Of a stretch of 64,000 nucleotides of DNA, positions 12,435 to 22,653 are shown piece after piece. Each line of letters opens with the position of its first letter. The stretch's first letter is position 1. Position numbers and translations under genes: made by a program. The stretch is taken from assembly GCA_943788175.1 (NCBI GenBank), contig CALSPG010000001.1, positions 256,001-320,000 on the forward strand, in the 5' to 3' direction. Source of the DNA: an uncultured bacterium (GTDB lineage Bacteria > Fidelibacterota > Marinisomatia > Marinisomatales > UBA1611). The notes under the pieces were generated by a model. It did no database searches and was not told the DNA's origin. It saw only the letters and a list, made by a program, of their open reading frames with translations.

Positions 12435-14013
12435 ATGGATAAAAGAACACAAAATGCTTTTCTTGGGAAGGCAAGGCATAATCTCAAGAACCCCGTCAAT
12501 GCTATTCTTGGTTATAGTGAAATGTTAATTGAAGATTGTGAAGATGAAGGTTTTATTAGCTTGATACCAGATATAAAGAAGCTAAATCAGGCTGGTAATG
12601 ATATATTATCATCCATTGAAGAAATATTCAGTGATAAGGCACTGGCCGATTCAGAAAATTCAATATCTGGAATGGCTAAAGAAATGGAAATAGCACTCCG
12701 AACTCCTCTAAATACAATAATTGGATATTCTGAGCTTTTAATTGAAGAATCAGACAGTGTTACAATTGATAATTTTAAAACTGATATTGATAAAATAACA
12801 CAGTCAGGTAGGTTGTTAGAGGAGGAATTGAGAAGTATAATAAGTTTTGATTCTAAAAATATTAAAAAAATAGGAGATCAAAATTTAAACCACGGAAACC
12901 TTTCCATGGTGCAAGATGTTCTTGATAGTATAATTCCATTAGATCAAAAAGATAAAAAACCTAAAGATGACGGGGACTATTTTGGCCGTTGATGACAATA
13001 AAAACAATACTGATCTTCTTGATAAAAGATTAACGAAAAAAGGTCATGAGGTTTTTACAGCAAACAATGGTAAAGATGCTCTCCTGCGTTTGAGCATTGA
13101 TAGAAATCAAATAGATGTGATTTTATTAGATATTGTTATGCCTGAAATGAATGGTTTTGAGGTTCTAAAATATTTGAAAAATGACAAACGCTATTTTGAA
13201 ATACCTGTAATTATGATATCGTCAATGGATGACACGGATAGTATATATAGATGTATTGAAAATGGCGCTGATGACTACATTACAAAGCCATTTGACAAGT
13301 CAATACTTGATGCCAGAATTTCATCGTGTATTGAAAAGAAACACCTTAGAGATAAAGAAAAGGTTTTGATGAAAAAACTAGCTGAGGAACAAGAAAAGTC
13401 AGAAAACTTATTACTTAATATTCTTCCAGAAGATATAGCATATAGATTGAAATCTGGAGAAACAAATATAGCTACCAAGCATAAAGGTGTTTCAATTTTG
13501 TTTGCAGATATTGTTGATTTTACACCTCAGTCTAAAAATTTACAACCCAATGAACTAGTAGTTATATTAAATAAAATCTTTTCTTGTTTCGATGACTTAT
13601 CCTCAAAATTTAAAATAGAAAAAATTAAAACTATTGGAGATAGTTATTTTGCTGTCGGAGGACTAAACAGTGAATCACTAAAATCATCAAAAAATTTAAT
13701 TGAAATGGCAAAAGAAATGATAACAGAAATCGATGTTCTTAACAATGAAACAGAAAAAATGGACATCCAATTAAGAATAGGGATACATTGTGGTGATGTA
13801 GTAACGGGAGTAATTGGGAAGCATAAATTTGCTTATGATCTCTGGGGTTCTGCAGTAAATATGGCAAGCAGGATGGAATCAACTAGTCTCCCAGGTAAGA
13901 TCCAAGTAAGTGAAGAAGTAAAATTACTAGTTGCAGACAGTTTTAAATTTCAAAAAAGAGAAAAAATAAAAATAAAAGGACTAGGGTATATAAGTACTTA
14001 CTTTATTAAGTAA
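12435..14013 (+). CDS. HisKA-like x2 / REC / class III adenylate-guanylate cyclase; appears as ORFs 12435..12992 and 12967..14013, probably one gene with a frameshift
   Basis: RHNLKNPVNAILGYSEML and ALRTPLNTIIGYSELL helices; REC (ILLDIVMP); cyclase motifs LFADIVDFT, KIKTIGDSY, YDLWGSAVNMASRMES. The ORFs overlap near A-runs at ~12955-12966. Confidence 0.8.
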
Positions 14014-14024
14014 TGAAATATTAT

Positions 14025-15098
14025 TTAAATGCTAATATTATTGATTATAGATATAATTAAAATACTAGAAAATCCTACAGTCGTTGCCGCAATAAGACCT
14101 ATATAAAAAGGTTTTATACCTAGTTCTTTAAAATTATCAAAAGAAGTATTAAAACCAACTGCAGCCATTGCAATGATTAAAAAGAATTCTGCAATTTTTT
14201 TAATAAAAACTATTGAATTTTTCCAAGTAGCTAAATATATCTCATTATCAAGAAAATAAAAATCACCTAATGATCTAATGCAACCAAAAACAATAAAACC
14301 TATTACAAAGTAAGGGAAAATAGCAGAAATTTTATACGATTTTTTTTGTACAGACATTGATTTATGAGCTAAATAGGGTATAACAATTACCATAAGCGTA
14401 TTTCTAATTAATTTTGTAACAGTCGCAACAGCAATAATATTTGGTTCTTCATATTGATCGCTGTAAATCATAGCAGATCCAGCTACTTGAGCTGTCTCAT
14501 GAATTGAACTACCAAGGAAAAGACCTGCTGAAACAATATCTTGAGAAAATAAAAAATGCGCAAATATTGGGTATAAAAACATTGCAAAGAGTCCAAAAAT
14601 TGTAATATTCGCAATTGCATAAGTAATTTCTGATTTTTTAGCTTTAATTGAAGGCGCTAAAGCCACAATTGCTGTAGCTCCACAAATACTGGTGCCGACA
14701 GCAATTAGCAATGATAGTTTTTCTGATATCTTAAGATTTTTTCGTAACACCTGAACTAAGAATATAGTAATGATAATGCACGGGATAACGACAATTAACC
14801 CTTTAGTACCATAACTAATTAAATCTATTAGGCTTAAACGTATCCCTAATAAAATAATTCCAATTTTTAGTAATACTTTTATACAAAAATCTAAACCAGG
14901 TTTTAGTGCATTAATAATCATTGAGTTGAAGTTTGCAATTGATATTCCAACTATAATGGCTATCATGATTGGTGATATTGGACTTTTTTCAAATCCAAGT
15001 AAATGTATTCCTAGATATTCAGATAGTTGAATTGATGTTATCGCAACTGTTATACAGGCTATAATACCAAATGCTTTACTCTTAAAACTTTCGGACAT
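14025..15098 (-). CDS. YeiH / putative sulfate exporter family membrane protein
   Basis: GTSICGATAIVA, GSSIHETAQVAG, ATVTKLIRN motifs. Confidence 0.88.
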   Translation of the reverse strand: MSESFKSKAFGIIACITVAITSIQLSEYLGIHLLGFEKSPISPIMIAIIVGISIANFNSMIINALKPGLDFCIKVLLKIGIILLGIRLSLIDLISYGTKGLIVVIPCIIITIFLVQVLRKNLKISEKLSLLIAVGTSICGATAIVALAPSIKAKKSEITYAIANITIFGLFAMFLYPIFAHFLFSQDIVSAGLFLGSSIHETAQVAGSAMIYSDQYEEPNIIAVATVTKLIRNTLMVIVIPYLAHKSMSVQKKSYKISAIFPYFVIGFIVFGCIRSLGDFYFLDNEIYLATWKNSIVFIKKIAEFFLIIAMAAVGFNTSFDNFKELGIKPFYIGLIAATTVGFSSILIISIINNISI

Positions 15099-15263
15099 TA
15101 AATATATATCCTATTATACATAATATATGTTATATGCCATTAAGATATCGAATTGTATGTTCTATTATATAAAATATATTTAATAACTAATATATCATAC
15201 AGTATAATTTTTAAGGACAAACTTAGATTTTTGATAGATAATATTTTTTAAGAAGTTAAATAA

Positions 15264-15299
15264 AACAAAAAAAGGAACACCTAAAGTCCCTTTTTTGTT
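15264..15299 (-). terminator. Intrinsic terminator
   Basis: On the minus strand AAAAAAGGGAC-loop-GTTCCTTTTTTT, just after the 15322 gene. Confidence 0.65.
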
Positions 15300-15321
15300 G
15301 ATATAGTTTTGTATTGGAAGT

Positions 15322-15855
15322 TTATTTTTCTGCCGCCTTAGCTTCTTCCTCTTTCATTTTTTGAATGCTTTTAATAATACTTGGAAGAGACTTTATCTCT
15401 TTTAAATCTTTAGTTAATTGTTCCTTTGATTGTTCCAAGTCAGCAAGTTTTTGTTTTGTTCGCCTAGCACTGCTTCGGACATCATCAGATAAGTCTTCAA
15501 GGTCATTTGTTACATTCTTAAAATTTCTTCCAGTCTCTCTTATAAAGTTATCTAACTTAAAGTCCACATCATCAATTAAACTGAGTAATGAATCGGTATT
15601 TTTGATTATCAGATCAGTATTGTCTATGATATCTATTTGTGCCTTTCGCAGGTGTTTACCTCTTCCAATAAATCTTAAATTGTATTGTCGAAGACTATCG
15701 GCAAATTGATCTTCAACTTTGTCCACAAGCTTTTGATCAATTGTATTGATTTCATCCATTCTTTTATTCAGCTCGTCTGCTAAATATTGAAAATATCCAG
15801 CCCCAAGAAAAAGAACGATAAGTAACCCAATGATAATTTTATCCGCATTTCTCAA
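15322..15855 (-). CDS. Hypothetical membrane-anchored coiled-coil protein
   Basis: N-terminal TM helix followed by a long heptad-like charged region. Confidence 0.65.
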   Translation of the reverse strand: MRNADKIIIGLLIVLFLGAGYFQYLADELNKRMDEINTIDQKLVDKVEDQFADSLRQYNLRFIGRGKHLRKAQIDIIDNTDLIIKNTDSLLSLIDDVDFKLDNFIRETGRNFKNVTNDLEDLSDDVRSSARRTKQKLADLEQSKEQLTKDLKEIKSLPSIIKSIQKMKEEEAKAAEK

Positions 15856-15880
15856 TTTTTATTTCCTTTATTTATTAATG

Positions 15881-16222
15881 CTACTTTAAGCCTTCAAGCC
15901 GTTTTTCCCATTCACTCATAATTTCAGAATCTAAGTTTGATGACTGTTCATGATTTTCTTGAGTGTTTGGTTCACTAGATATTGAATCATTACCTTCCAT
16001 TAAAGTATGAATAATTTCAGCTCTCTTATCAGAGTTGCCTTTTACGGCCTCGGTTAGTTGACTGATCTCATCATTAAAATCATTAATGGTACGGTCGAGC
16101 CTCATAACCAGTTCATTAAATAATTCTTCTCCATAAGAAGAATTAATTCCTTCAAGTAGGTCATCTAGCTTTTCGTTTAGATAGCCTAAACGACTATCCT
16201 GATTGTTAAACTCTATACTCAC
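15881..16222 (-). CDS. Hypothetical acidic helical protein
   Basis: Co-oriented ORF filling the gap; plausible composition. Confidence 0.6.
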   Translation of the reverse strand: MSIEFNNQDSRLGYLNEKLDDLLEGINSSYGEELFNELVMRLDRTINDFNDEISQLTEAVKGNSDKRAEIIHTLMEGNDSISSEPNTQENHEQSSNLDSEIMSEWEKRLEGLK

Positions 16223-16302
16223 AATAGACTGTAAATTTATATAAACGAATGTATTTATGGGAGATTATTTTTATAAATTTTAATAATTTCATAAAACTGT
16301 AA

Positions 16303-16749
16303 TCATCTCCTCGTTTTTACTAGTTTCAATCCTCTCTTTTCAAGTGCATCTATTATGGGGAGAAATATTTTTTTCTGCAATCGATAAGGTAATTTATCAA
16401 CAGTTTTTATTTTTAAAATATCATCTGGATTGCCTATTCCAGATGTTACAATTTCATATTTCCCCATACCAACCACCACTACTAAATCATTGATATTAAT
16501 TGATAAAGCTAAAAAAACCTTTCCGGTATTTAGTTTAAATAATTTATAATCAGTTAATATGAACCCAGACTCAGGAGCGTAATGAATAATATCGTATTCT
16601 TGACTTTCTAGATAATCTTTGATAGTTGGCATGATATCTTTGATTGAACCATTATACTGAAAGTTTATATTCATTCGAGGTGGCTCAGGACAGGTTGAAA
16701 TCTTAATTGAGCCGAGCGAAATTATTAAAAGAGTAAATAATGCGCGCAC
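16303..16749 (-). CDS. Hypothetical exported protein
   Basis: Signal-like N-terminus; directly downstream of lepB. Confidence 0.6.
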   Translation of the reverse strand: MRALFTLLIISLGSIKISTCPEPPRMNINFQYNGSIKDIMPTIKDYLESQEYDIIHYAPESGFILTDYKLFKLNTGKVFLALSININDLVVVVGMGKYEIVTSGIGNPDDILKIKTVDKLPYRLQKKIFLPIIDALEKRGLKLVKTRR

Positions 16750-16756
16750 GAAAATT

Positions 16757-17929
16757 CTAGTTTATCAGTGTACCTATTCTATTCAATCTTGGAATCCATG
16801 TTTTTAAATCCAATGAGAAATACGCAAATAAAGCCTCTCCAAGAATAAATTTTTCTGGAATAAGTCCCCAATATCTTGAATCCAAACTGTCATCTCTATT
16901 ATCACCCATAGCCCAATAATAATCTTGTTTTACTTCGTATATCTTCCATTCATTTAATGGTTTACCATTGACTTCTAAAAACTCAAAATGACTATCTAAA
17001 ATTTTTGTCGACCATGGATTAATTAAATTACCTTCTCCCCAGCCAAAGTATGGGTCGAAAACAGAAGGATGGTCTTTTCTTCTATGCAATTCAAATGGAT
17101 CTTGAAGTGTAAAGTTATATGTTTTGGATTCACTTACAAGTTTGGCTGTATTCCCATCCATCATCATTATTGGGAGTAACTCACGCCAATTGGTATTTGT
17201 ATTAATCTCAAACTTGTCACCTTTTTTTGGTATCACTATTGGCCCCATATTATCTTTATTAATATTAGTTTCAGAACTTAAATATATTTCTCTTTGTTTT
17301 ATTGATCTTGGGATTTCCTTTTGGGAGAAAACAAAGTTTTCAGGAAGTTCTGTTAGAATGCCATTTATGTATACTTGTTTATGATTAATTATAATTGTAT
17401 CACCAGGGCCGGCAACACACCTTTTAACGTATTTAACGTATTTATCTCTGGGATATTTAAAAATTAAAACATCTCCGACTTCTGGAACTTTAAATCTTGG
17501 TAGCTGAAAAGAAGGTATAAAAAATCCGATATCAGTATATGGAATACCTACCCAATCAGGAGTTCTGAGGCCATATACAAAACGACTACCAATTAAAAAA
17601 TCTCCAGTCATAATTGTTTTTTCCATGCTCCCGGTAGGTACAATGTATGCTTCCAAGAGAGTTACTTTAACTGATAGAGCAATTAAGACAATAATAACAA
17701 TTGCCTTTAATTCAGATAAAAACTTTTTATTTCCGGTACTTAAGCCTGTAAGCGCAAATCCAATTGCACCTAGAAATATTTTTGAGGGCATACCATATCT
17801 CTCATTTAAAAAAAGAGAATAAATAAGGATAAGTACCCCTAAAGCTGCCATTACTTTATTTTTAATTTCGTAACCTAATAGTATCATTTTTTTATAATTG
17901 ATTTTAAAATTCTCTAAAGATTTAAACAA
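16757..17929 (-). CDS. lepB: Signal peptidase I
   Basis: PTGSM (catalytic Ser), YVKRC (Lys), MGDNRDDSLDSRYWG. Confidence 0.95.
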   Translation of the reverse strand: MFKSLENFKINYKKMILLGYEIKNKVMAALGVLILIYSLFLNERYGMPSKIFLGAIGFALTGLSTGNKKFLSELKAIVIIVLIALSVKVTLLEAYIVPTGSMEKTIMTGDFLIGSRFVYGLRTPDWVGIPYTDIGFFIPSFQLPRFKVPEVGDVLIFKYPRDKYVKYVKRCVAGPGDTIIINHKQVYINGILTELPENFVFSQKEIPRSIKQREIYLSSETNINKDNMGPIVIPKKGDKFEINTNTNWRELLPIMMMDGNTAKLVSESKTYNFTLQDPFELHRRKDHPSVFDPYFGWGEGNLINPWSTKILDSHFEFLEVNGKPLNEWKIYEVKQDYYWAMGDNRDDSLDSRYWGLIPEKFILGEALFAYFSLDLKTWIPRLNRIGTLIN

Positions 17930-17981
17930 TCAGTTCCATATTTAACCATATAAAGCTTTAAGAATTTAAACCTGTCTTTTA

Positions 17982-18569
17982 TTATAAGATTCTACTTTTT
18001 TTATTTTTCATAGGTTTAAAAGTTAATCTATGTATCGGTGATGGATTGCAGTTTTTCAATGCATTTAAATGGAATTTAGTTCCGTAGCCTTTGTTGTTTT
18101 GAAAACCAAAATTAGGATATTGTAGTGCATAAGTTTCCATTAATTTATCTCTGCTTACTTTTGCATATATTGAAGCAGCCATAATACATTCTTCAGAATT
18201 ATCTCCTCCAACGATATTTTTATTAGGTAAATCGATATCTAGTTTATCTAATCCGTCAATTAAAACTAAATCAGGTCGTTTTTTTAAATTTTTTATCGCA
18301 TCTTTCATTGCTTGAATAGTAGCATTTCTTATATTAACCCTATCTATAGTAGAAGCTTCTATTGACGCGATGCCTATACTGATGGCTATTCGTTTTATTT
18401 TTATTGATAGCTCAATTCTTTTTTTTGCGCTTAGCTTTTTTGAATCATTAAGCCCAACAATATAATGTTTTGTTGGTAAAATCACAGCAGCTGCAACTAC
18501 TGGCCCAGCTAACGACCCTCTACCTACTTCATCCACTCCGCAAATATATTTTTTTAAATTTTGTATAAT
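17982..18569 (-). CDS. rnhB: Ribonuclease HII (start uncertain)
   Basis: YICGVDEVGRG, DSKKLS, LIDG, AASIYAKVSRD. The reading frame extends upstream of the GTG at 18536. Confidence 0.92.
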   Translation of the reverse strand: MIQNLKKYICGVDEVGRGSLAGPVVAAAVILPTKHYIVGLNDSKKLSAKKRIELSIKIKRIAISIGIASIEASTIDRVNIRNATIQAMKDAIKNLKKRPDLVLIDGLDKLDIDLPNKNIVGGDNSEECIMAASIYAKVSRDKLMETYALQYPNFGFQNNKGYGTKFHLNALKNCNPSPIHRLTFKPMKNKKSRIL

Positions 18570-18668
18570 GATTTTCTCTTAATTTTAAAATTTTAATTTC
18601 TTGATTGTCGTTCCCAAGTCTTTATTATAATATATGTTCTTAATTTAAATGAAACATTAGGTATAACA

Positions 18669-20246
18669 ATGGACAGAAAACAATCTGGGATAGTTTTTTT
18701 TGCAATAATAACATTTTTGCTTTACGCATTCGGTGTTGAATTATTTGAACAAGTCTGGAGTTTTCCTAAGATAAGGGAAATCCCTTTAATGGTATTGGCT
18801 TTAGTAGGGACAGGCGTTTTTGCCACTGTAAGACTCGGTTTTCCTCAACTAAAATATTTAAAACATGGAATTAATGTTACTGCTGGTAAGTATGATGACC
18901 CAGCTGACAAAGGTGACTTAAATCATTTTCAGGCATTGACAACAGCTCTTTCTGCAACTGTTGGTGTTGGAAATATAGCAGGTGTGGCAACGGCAATGTA
19001 TTACGGTGGACCAGGTGCATTATTTTGGATGTGGATTACTGCTTTTTTTGGCACTACTCTAAAATATGCGGAGTGCACTCTATCAGTCAAATATAGAGAA
19101 ATAAACTCTAGTGGTTTCACCGCAGGTGGACCTATGTATACGATTGAAAATGGCATGGGTAAAAAGTGGAAATGGCTAGCGATAGCTTTCGCAGGTTTCG
19201 CTATAATTTGTTCTTTTGCTACAGGAAATGCGATACAATCCTTTACTATCTCAGATCAAATTTATTCTGAATCTGTGCAACTTCTTGGTTCAGATCACTT
19301 TTTAAACTTAGATAGAACTTTATTTGGTATTATAAGTTTTAATTTTCAGCAAATATTCATTGGTATTATTCTAGCCACTGTTGTTGGTGCAGTAATTATT
19401 GGTGGTATAAAAAGGATTGGCCAAGTTACTGGCTACCTAGCACCAATTATGGCGGTAATATATGTATTAGCTTCTGTTTTAGTACTCGTCTATCATTCAG
19501 AAAAGATTGGCGAGTCTTTTTCACTTATTTTTAATGGCGTTTTTAATCCTACTGCTACTGTCATAGGAGCTGGAGGCGGCGCTTTAATGACAATGCTTAA
19601 TACTATGTTAATGGGTATTAAAAGGGGTCTTTATTCAAATGAAGCTGGGCAAGGAAGTGCTGCAATCGCACATTCTGCAGCAAAAACAAATTTTCCAGTA
19701 CGAGAAGGCGCCGTAGCAATGCTCGGGCCGTATATAGATACTATTATTATTTGTACTTTAACTGGTTTAGTAATTCTATGTACTGGTGCATGGAAACATA
19801 CTGAGTATTATGTAAGTATATCTGCTAGTTCTATTGAAGAATATAATAATGCAATAACTATAGGTATTTTTAGAGGTATGGATTTAATAAATGGAAGTCT
19901 CCTGACATCATTTGCTTTCAAAAATGGTTTAAGTTGGATTTTTAACTATGGAGATAAGATAATTACCCTATCTGTATTATTGTTCGCAACCTCTACTGCT
20001 ATTAGTTGGTCTTTTTATGGTGATAGAGCAACAGAATACCTCTTTGGTGAAAAGGCAATATATTGGTACCGCTTAGTCTATATCCTTTTTGTTTTTATAG
20101 GAGCAAATGCCGGGATAGAAACGGTTTGGGCGTTCGGAGATGCTGCCCTTGGATTTATGACATTCCCTAACCTTATATCAATAATTTTTCTTACTGGAGC
20201 ATTGAAAAAAATGACTCAAGAATATTTCAAAGTAAATAATGAATAA
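18669..20246 (+). CDS. Alanine/glycine:cation symporter (AGCS) family
   Basis: ALSATVGVGNIAGVA, GGPGALFWMW, GGPMY, SNEAGQGS. Confidence 0.93.
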   Translation: MDRKQSGIVFFAIITFLLYAFGVELFEQVWSFPKIREIPLMVLALVGTGVFATVRLGFPQLKYLKHGINVTAGKYDDPADKGDLNHFQALTTALSATVGVGNIAGVATAMYYGGPGALFWMWITAFFGTTLKYAECTLSVKYREINSSGFTAGGPMYTIENGMGKKWKWLAIAFAGFAIICSFATGNAIQSFTISDQIYSESVQLLGSDHFLNLDRTLFGIISFNFQQIFIGIILATVVGAVIIGGIKRIGQVTGYLAPIMAVIYVLASVLVLVYHSEKIGESFSLIFNGVFNPTATVIGAGGGALMTMLNTMLMGIKRGLYSNEAGQGSAAIAHSAAKTNFPVREGAVAMLGPYIDTIIICTLTGLVILCTGAWKHTEYYVSISASSIEEYNNAITIGIFRGMDLINGSLLTSFAFKNGLSWIFNYGDKIITLSVLLFATSTAISWSFYGDRATEYLFGEKAIYWYRLVYILFVFIGANAGIETVWAFGDAALGFMTFPNLISIIFLTGALKKMTQEYFKVNNE

Positions 20247-21027
20247 AGGAGATAATCATATTTTTTTAGAAACGGCAATTTTTGCTGCAAAATCGGCAGC
20301 GACCGTTATCAATTCATCTTATAATAATTCTGTTAAAACTTACAAAAGCTTAACAGATCTTGTTACTCAAACGGATATTGATTCTGAAAAAAAGATTATA
20401 GAATTAATAAGTTCAAAATTCCCAGATCATAGTTTCTTAGCAGAGGAATCTGGAAAAAAATTGAAACCTTCCAAATTTACATGGGTTATCGACCCACTTG
20501 ATGGCACTACGAATTTTGTACATGGCTATCCCTGTTACGGAATATCTATAGCTTTGATGCACGAAAACGAAACTATAGTAGGTGTAGTGATTGAGTTGCC
20601 TATGAATAATATATATTTTGCGACAAATACTAGTTCGGCTTATTGCAATGATGATATTATCCAGGTCTCAAAAAATAAAGATCTTATTAATAGTCTTCTA
20701 GTTACTGGCTTTGGATATAACCATGGAGATAAATGGAATTTTAATATGGAACTATTTAAAAAATTTACAGATTTAACACAAGGAGTTAGAAGATCAGGAG
20801 CAGCGGCTGTTGATTTATGCCATACTGCATCTGGAAAAGTCGACGGATATTGGGAATTTGATGTTAAGCCTTGGGATTTGGCTGCCGGCGCTTTAATTGC
20901 TAAACAAGCTGGTGCAAAGCTAACAAATCTTAAAGGAGAAAAATTTTCAATTTTTGATAATGAAGTACTAGTATCAAATAACTTAATTCATTCCGAAATG
21001 GTTAATACTGTTCATAACCTTAGTTAA
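20239..21027 (+). CDS. suhB: Inositol monophosphatase family protein
   Basis: WVIDPLDGTTNF and WDLAAG motifs. Confidence 0.88.
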   Translation: MNKGDNHIFLETAIFAAKSAATVINSSYNNSVKTYKSLTDLVTQTDIDSEKKIIELISSKFPDHSFLAEESGKKLKPSKFTWVIDPLDGTTNFVHGYPCYGISIALMHENETIVGVVIELPMNNIYFATNTSSAYCNDDIIQVSKNKDLINSLLVTGFGYNHGDKWNFNMELFKKFTDLTQGVRRSGAAAVDLCHTASGKVDGYWEFDVKPWDLAAGALIAKQAGAKLTNLKGEKFSIFDNEVLVSNNLIHSEMVNTVHNLS

Positions 21028-21727
21028 ATTGATCAATGAATTGCTTTTCCGTCCAAGTAGCTTCAATTGAAACTATTTTATTACTTTTTCGAGATGTTTT
21101 AATTATTTCTATAGCTCTAAAGCTATAATTAGGTCCTTTTTCTACTAGGCTTCCCTCCCAGCTGTAATGGATAACAAACCTGTTTTTTTTTGAAAAAATA
21201 TCTATTATACTCAATTCGTAATCAAACCACCTATTTCCATAACTTTTTATATCTTCGATAAATTTATCAGAACGTTGCTGGAGCTGCTGTTTTGTCAAAA
21301 ATACCAGGGTCGACATAGACTCGCCATTTCTACTAAATATTAATTTTAGCGAATCACCAGCCGCACCCTTGGTTTTTCTTATAAAATAATCTTCACTATT
21401 ATTATTACTTAACTTATAATCATTTACCTGAAGTATTACATCGCCCTTATTTAACATATTAGTTGCTTTAATAAAAGGCGATACCGCTTTAATCATTATC
21501 CCAAGATTTGTCACTTCAGTAGTTATACCTAAACCAACGTATGGAGAATGATAATATATAAAATTATTGTCAAGAAAAAGGCTAACAGAGTCAATGTTAG
21601 CGCTATATCGAGATTCTAGAAATTTGATAATTTGAATTTCTTTTTTATTTTGGCCTAAAGTTAAGGAAAGGAAAAAACTTAAAAATATAGTGATTTTGAT
21701 TAAATAATAACGTTTCATTGAAATCAA
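21020..21727 (-). CDS. Exported protein, SnoaL/NTF2-like fold with PDZ-like insert
   Basis: YVGLGI...LNKGDVILQVN...GDSLKLIFSRNG PDZ pattern, flanked by SnoaL-like segments. Confidence 0.55.
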   Translation of the reverse strand: MISMKRYYLIKITIFLSFFLSLTLGQNKKEIQIIKFLESRYSANIDSVSLFLDNNFIYYHSPYVGLGITTEVTNLGIMIKAVSPFIKATNMLNKGDVILQVNDYKLSNNNSEDYFIRKTKGAAGDSLKLIFSRNGESMSTLVFLTKQQLQQRSDKFIEDIKSYGNRWFDYELSIIDIFSKKNRFVIHYSWEGSLVEKGPNYSFRAIEIIKTSRKSNKIVSIEATWTEKQFIDQFN

Positions 21728-21741
21728 ATCTAGCTATCTAT

Positions 21742-22620
21742 TTATTCTATTTTAAGGTTTTTAATAATGTGATTAATTGTATCAGGAGTGGAGCCACAGC
21801 AAGCACCAAGAACACTAGCGCCTTTGCTAGCGGCAAACATTAATTGTTCTGCAATATCTATATCATTTATTTTACTATCGATATATCCATCTTTTGTTGG
21901 CATGTCCTCTCCCAAGTTTGGATATACACCCCACTTACCTGGCCAATGTCTTTTTATTTTTGGTATTGCTCTAATGGTGTTGTGAATTGTTGAGCAGTTT
22001 ATAAGTATTGTATCAACTGAATTATTATAAGCGAGCCTAAAAACTTCTGTAATATTTGTACCATCAAGAATTTGATTTTCATTTTTTAAAACCATACTTA
22101 GCCACTTCTTTTTATTTGTATTAATATCAATTTCTAATAGTGTCTTAATTTCCTCAAAATTGCCCATCGTTTCATAGAGTAATAAGTCAACGGCTTGATG
22201 ATTAAATATATTAATTAGATGAATATATTCATCTATAGCAATCCTTTTACCTGGAAAATCGTTTGGTTCGTAACAATCTTCTAATGGTCCTATAGATCCT
22301 GCAACCAAAACGTTTCTTCCCTTTCTGGCTGTGTTAGCAGCTTCTATAGCTAATCTAAGTGATTGTTCACTTTTAACGACGGCATTAGAATTACTGTATC
22401 CAGCTTTTCTAAAAGTTCTAGGAGTAGTTCTAAACGAATTAGTAGTGATTACATTACATCCGCTTTTAATATATTCTTTATGAATAGCTATTACATCATC
22501 AAAGTTTTCATAATTAGCAACAGCAGACCATAACGGTAATGGCGCTTTAATACCTCGCATCATTAGAGCGGTACCCATAGCACCATCTAAAATGAGTGGT
22601 ATTTGAATGTCTGAATCCAT
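21742..22620 (-). CDS. Homocysteine S-methyltransferase family protein
   Basis: LDGAMGT, AGSIGP, INC and GACCG zinc ligands. Confidence 0.9.
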   Translation of the reverse strand: MDSDIQIPLILDGAMGTALMMRGIKAPLPLWSAVANYENFDDVIAIHKEYIKSGCNVITTNSFRTTPRTFRKAGYSNSNAVVKSEQSLRLAIEAANTARKGRNVLVAGSIGPLEDCYEPNDFPGKRIAIDEYIHLINIFNHQAVDLLLYETMGNFEEIKTLLEIDINTNKKKWLSMVLKNENQILDGTNITEVFRLAYNNSVDTILINCSTIHNTIRAIPKIKRHWPGKWGVYPNLGEDMPTKDGYIDSKINDIDIAEQLMFAASKGASVLGACCGSTPDTINHIIKNLKIE

Positions 22621-22653
22621 AGTTTAAATTAAATAATATTATTTTTAATAAAA

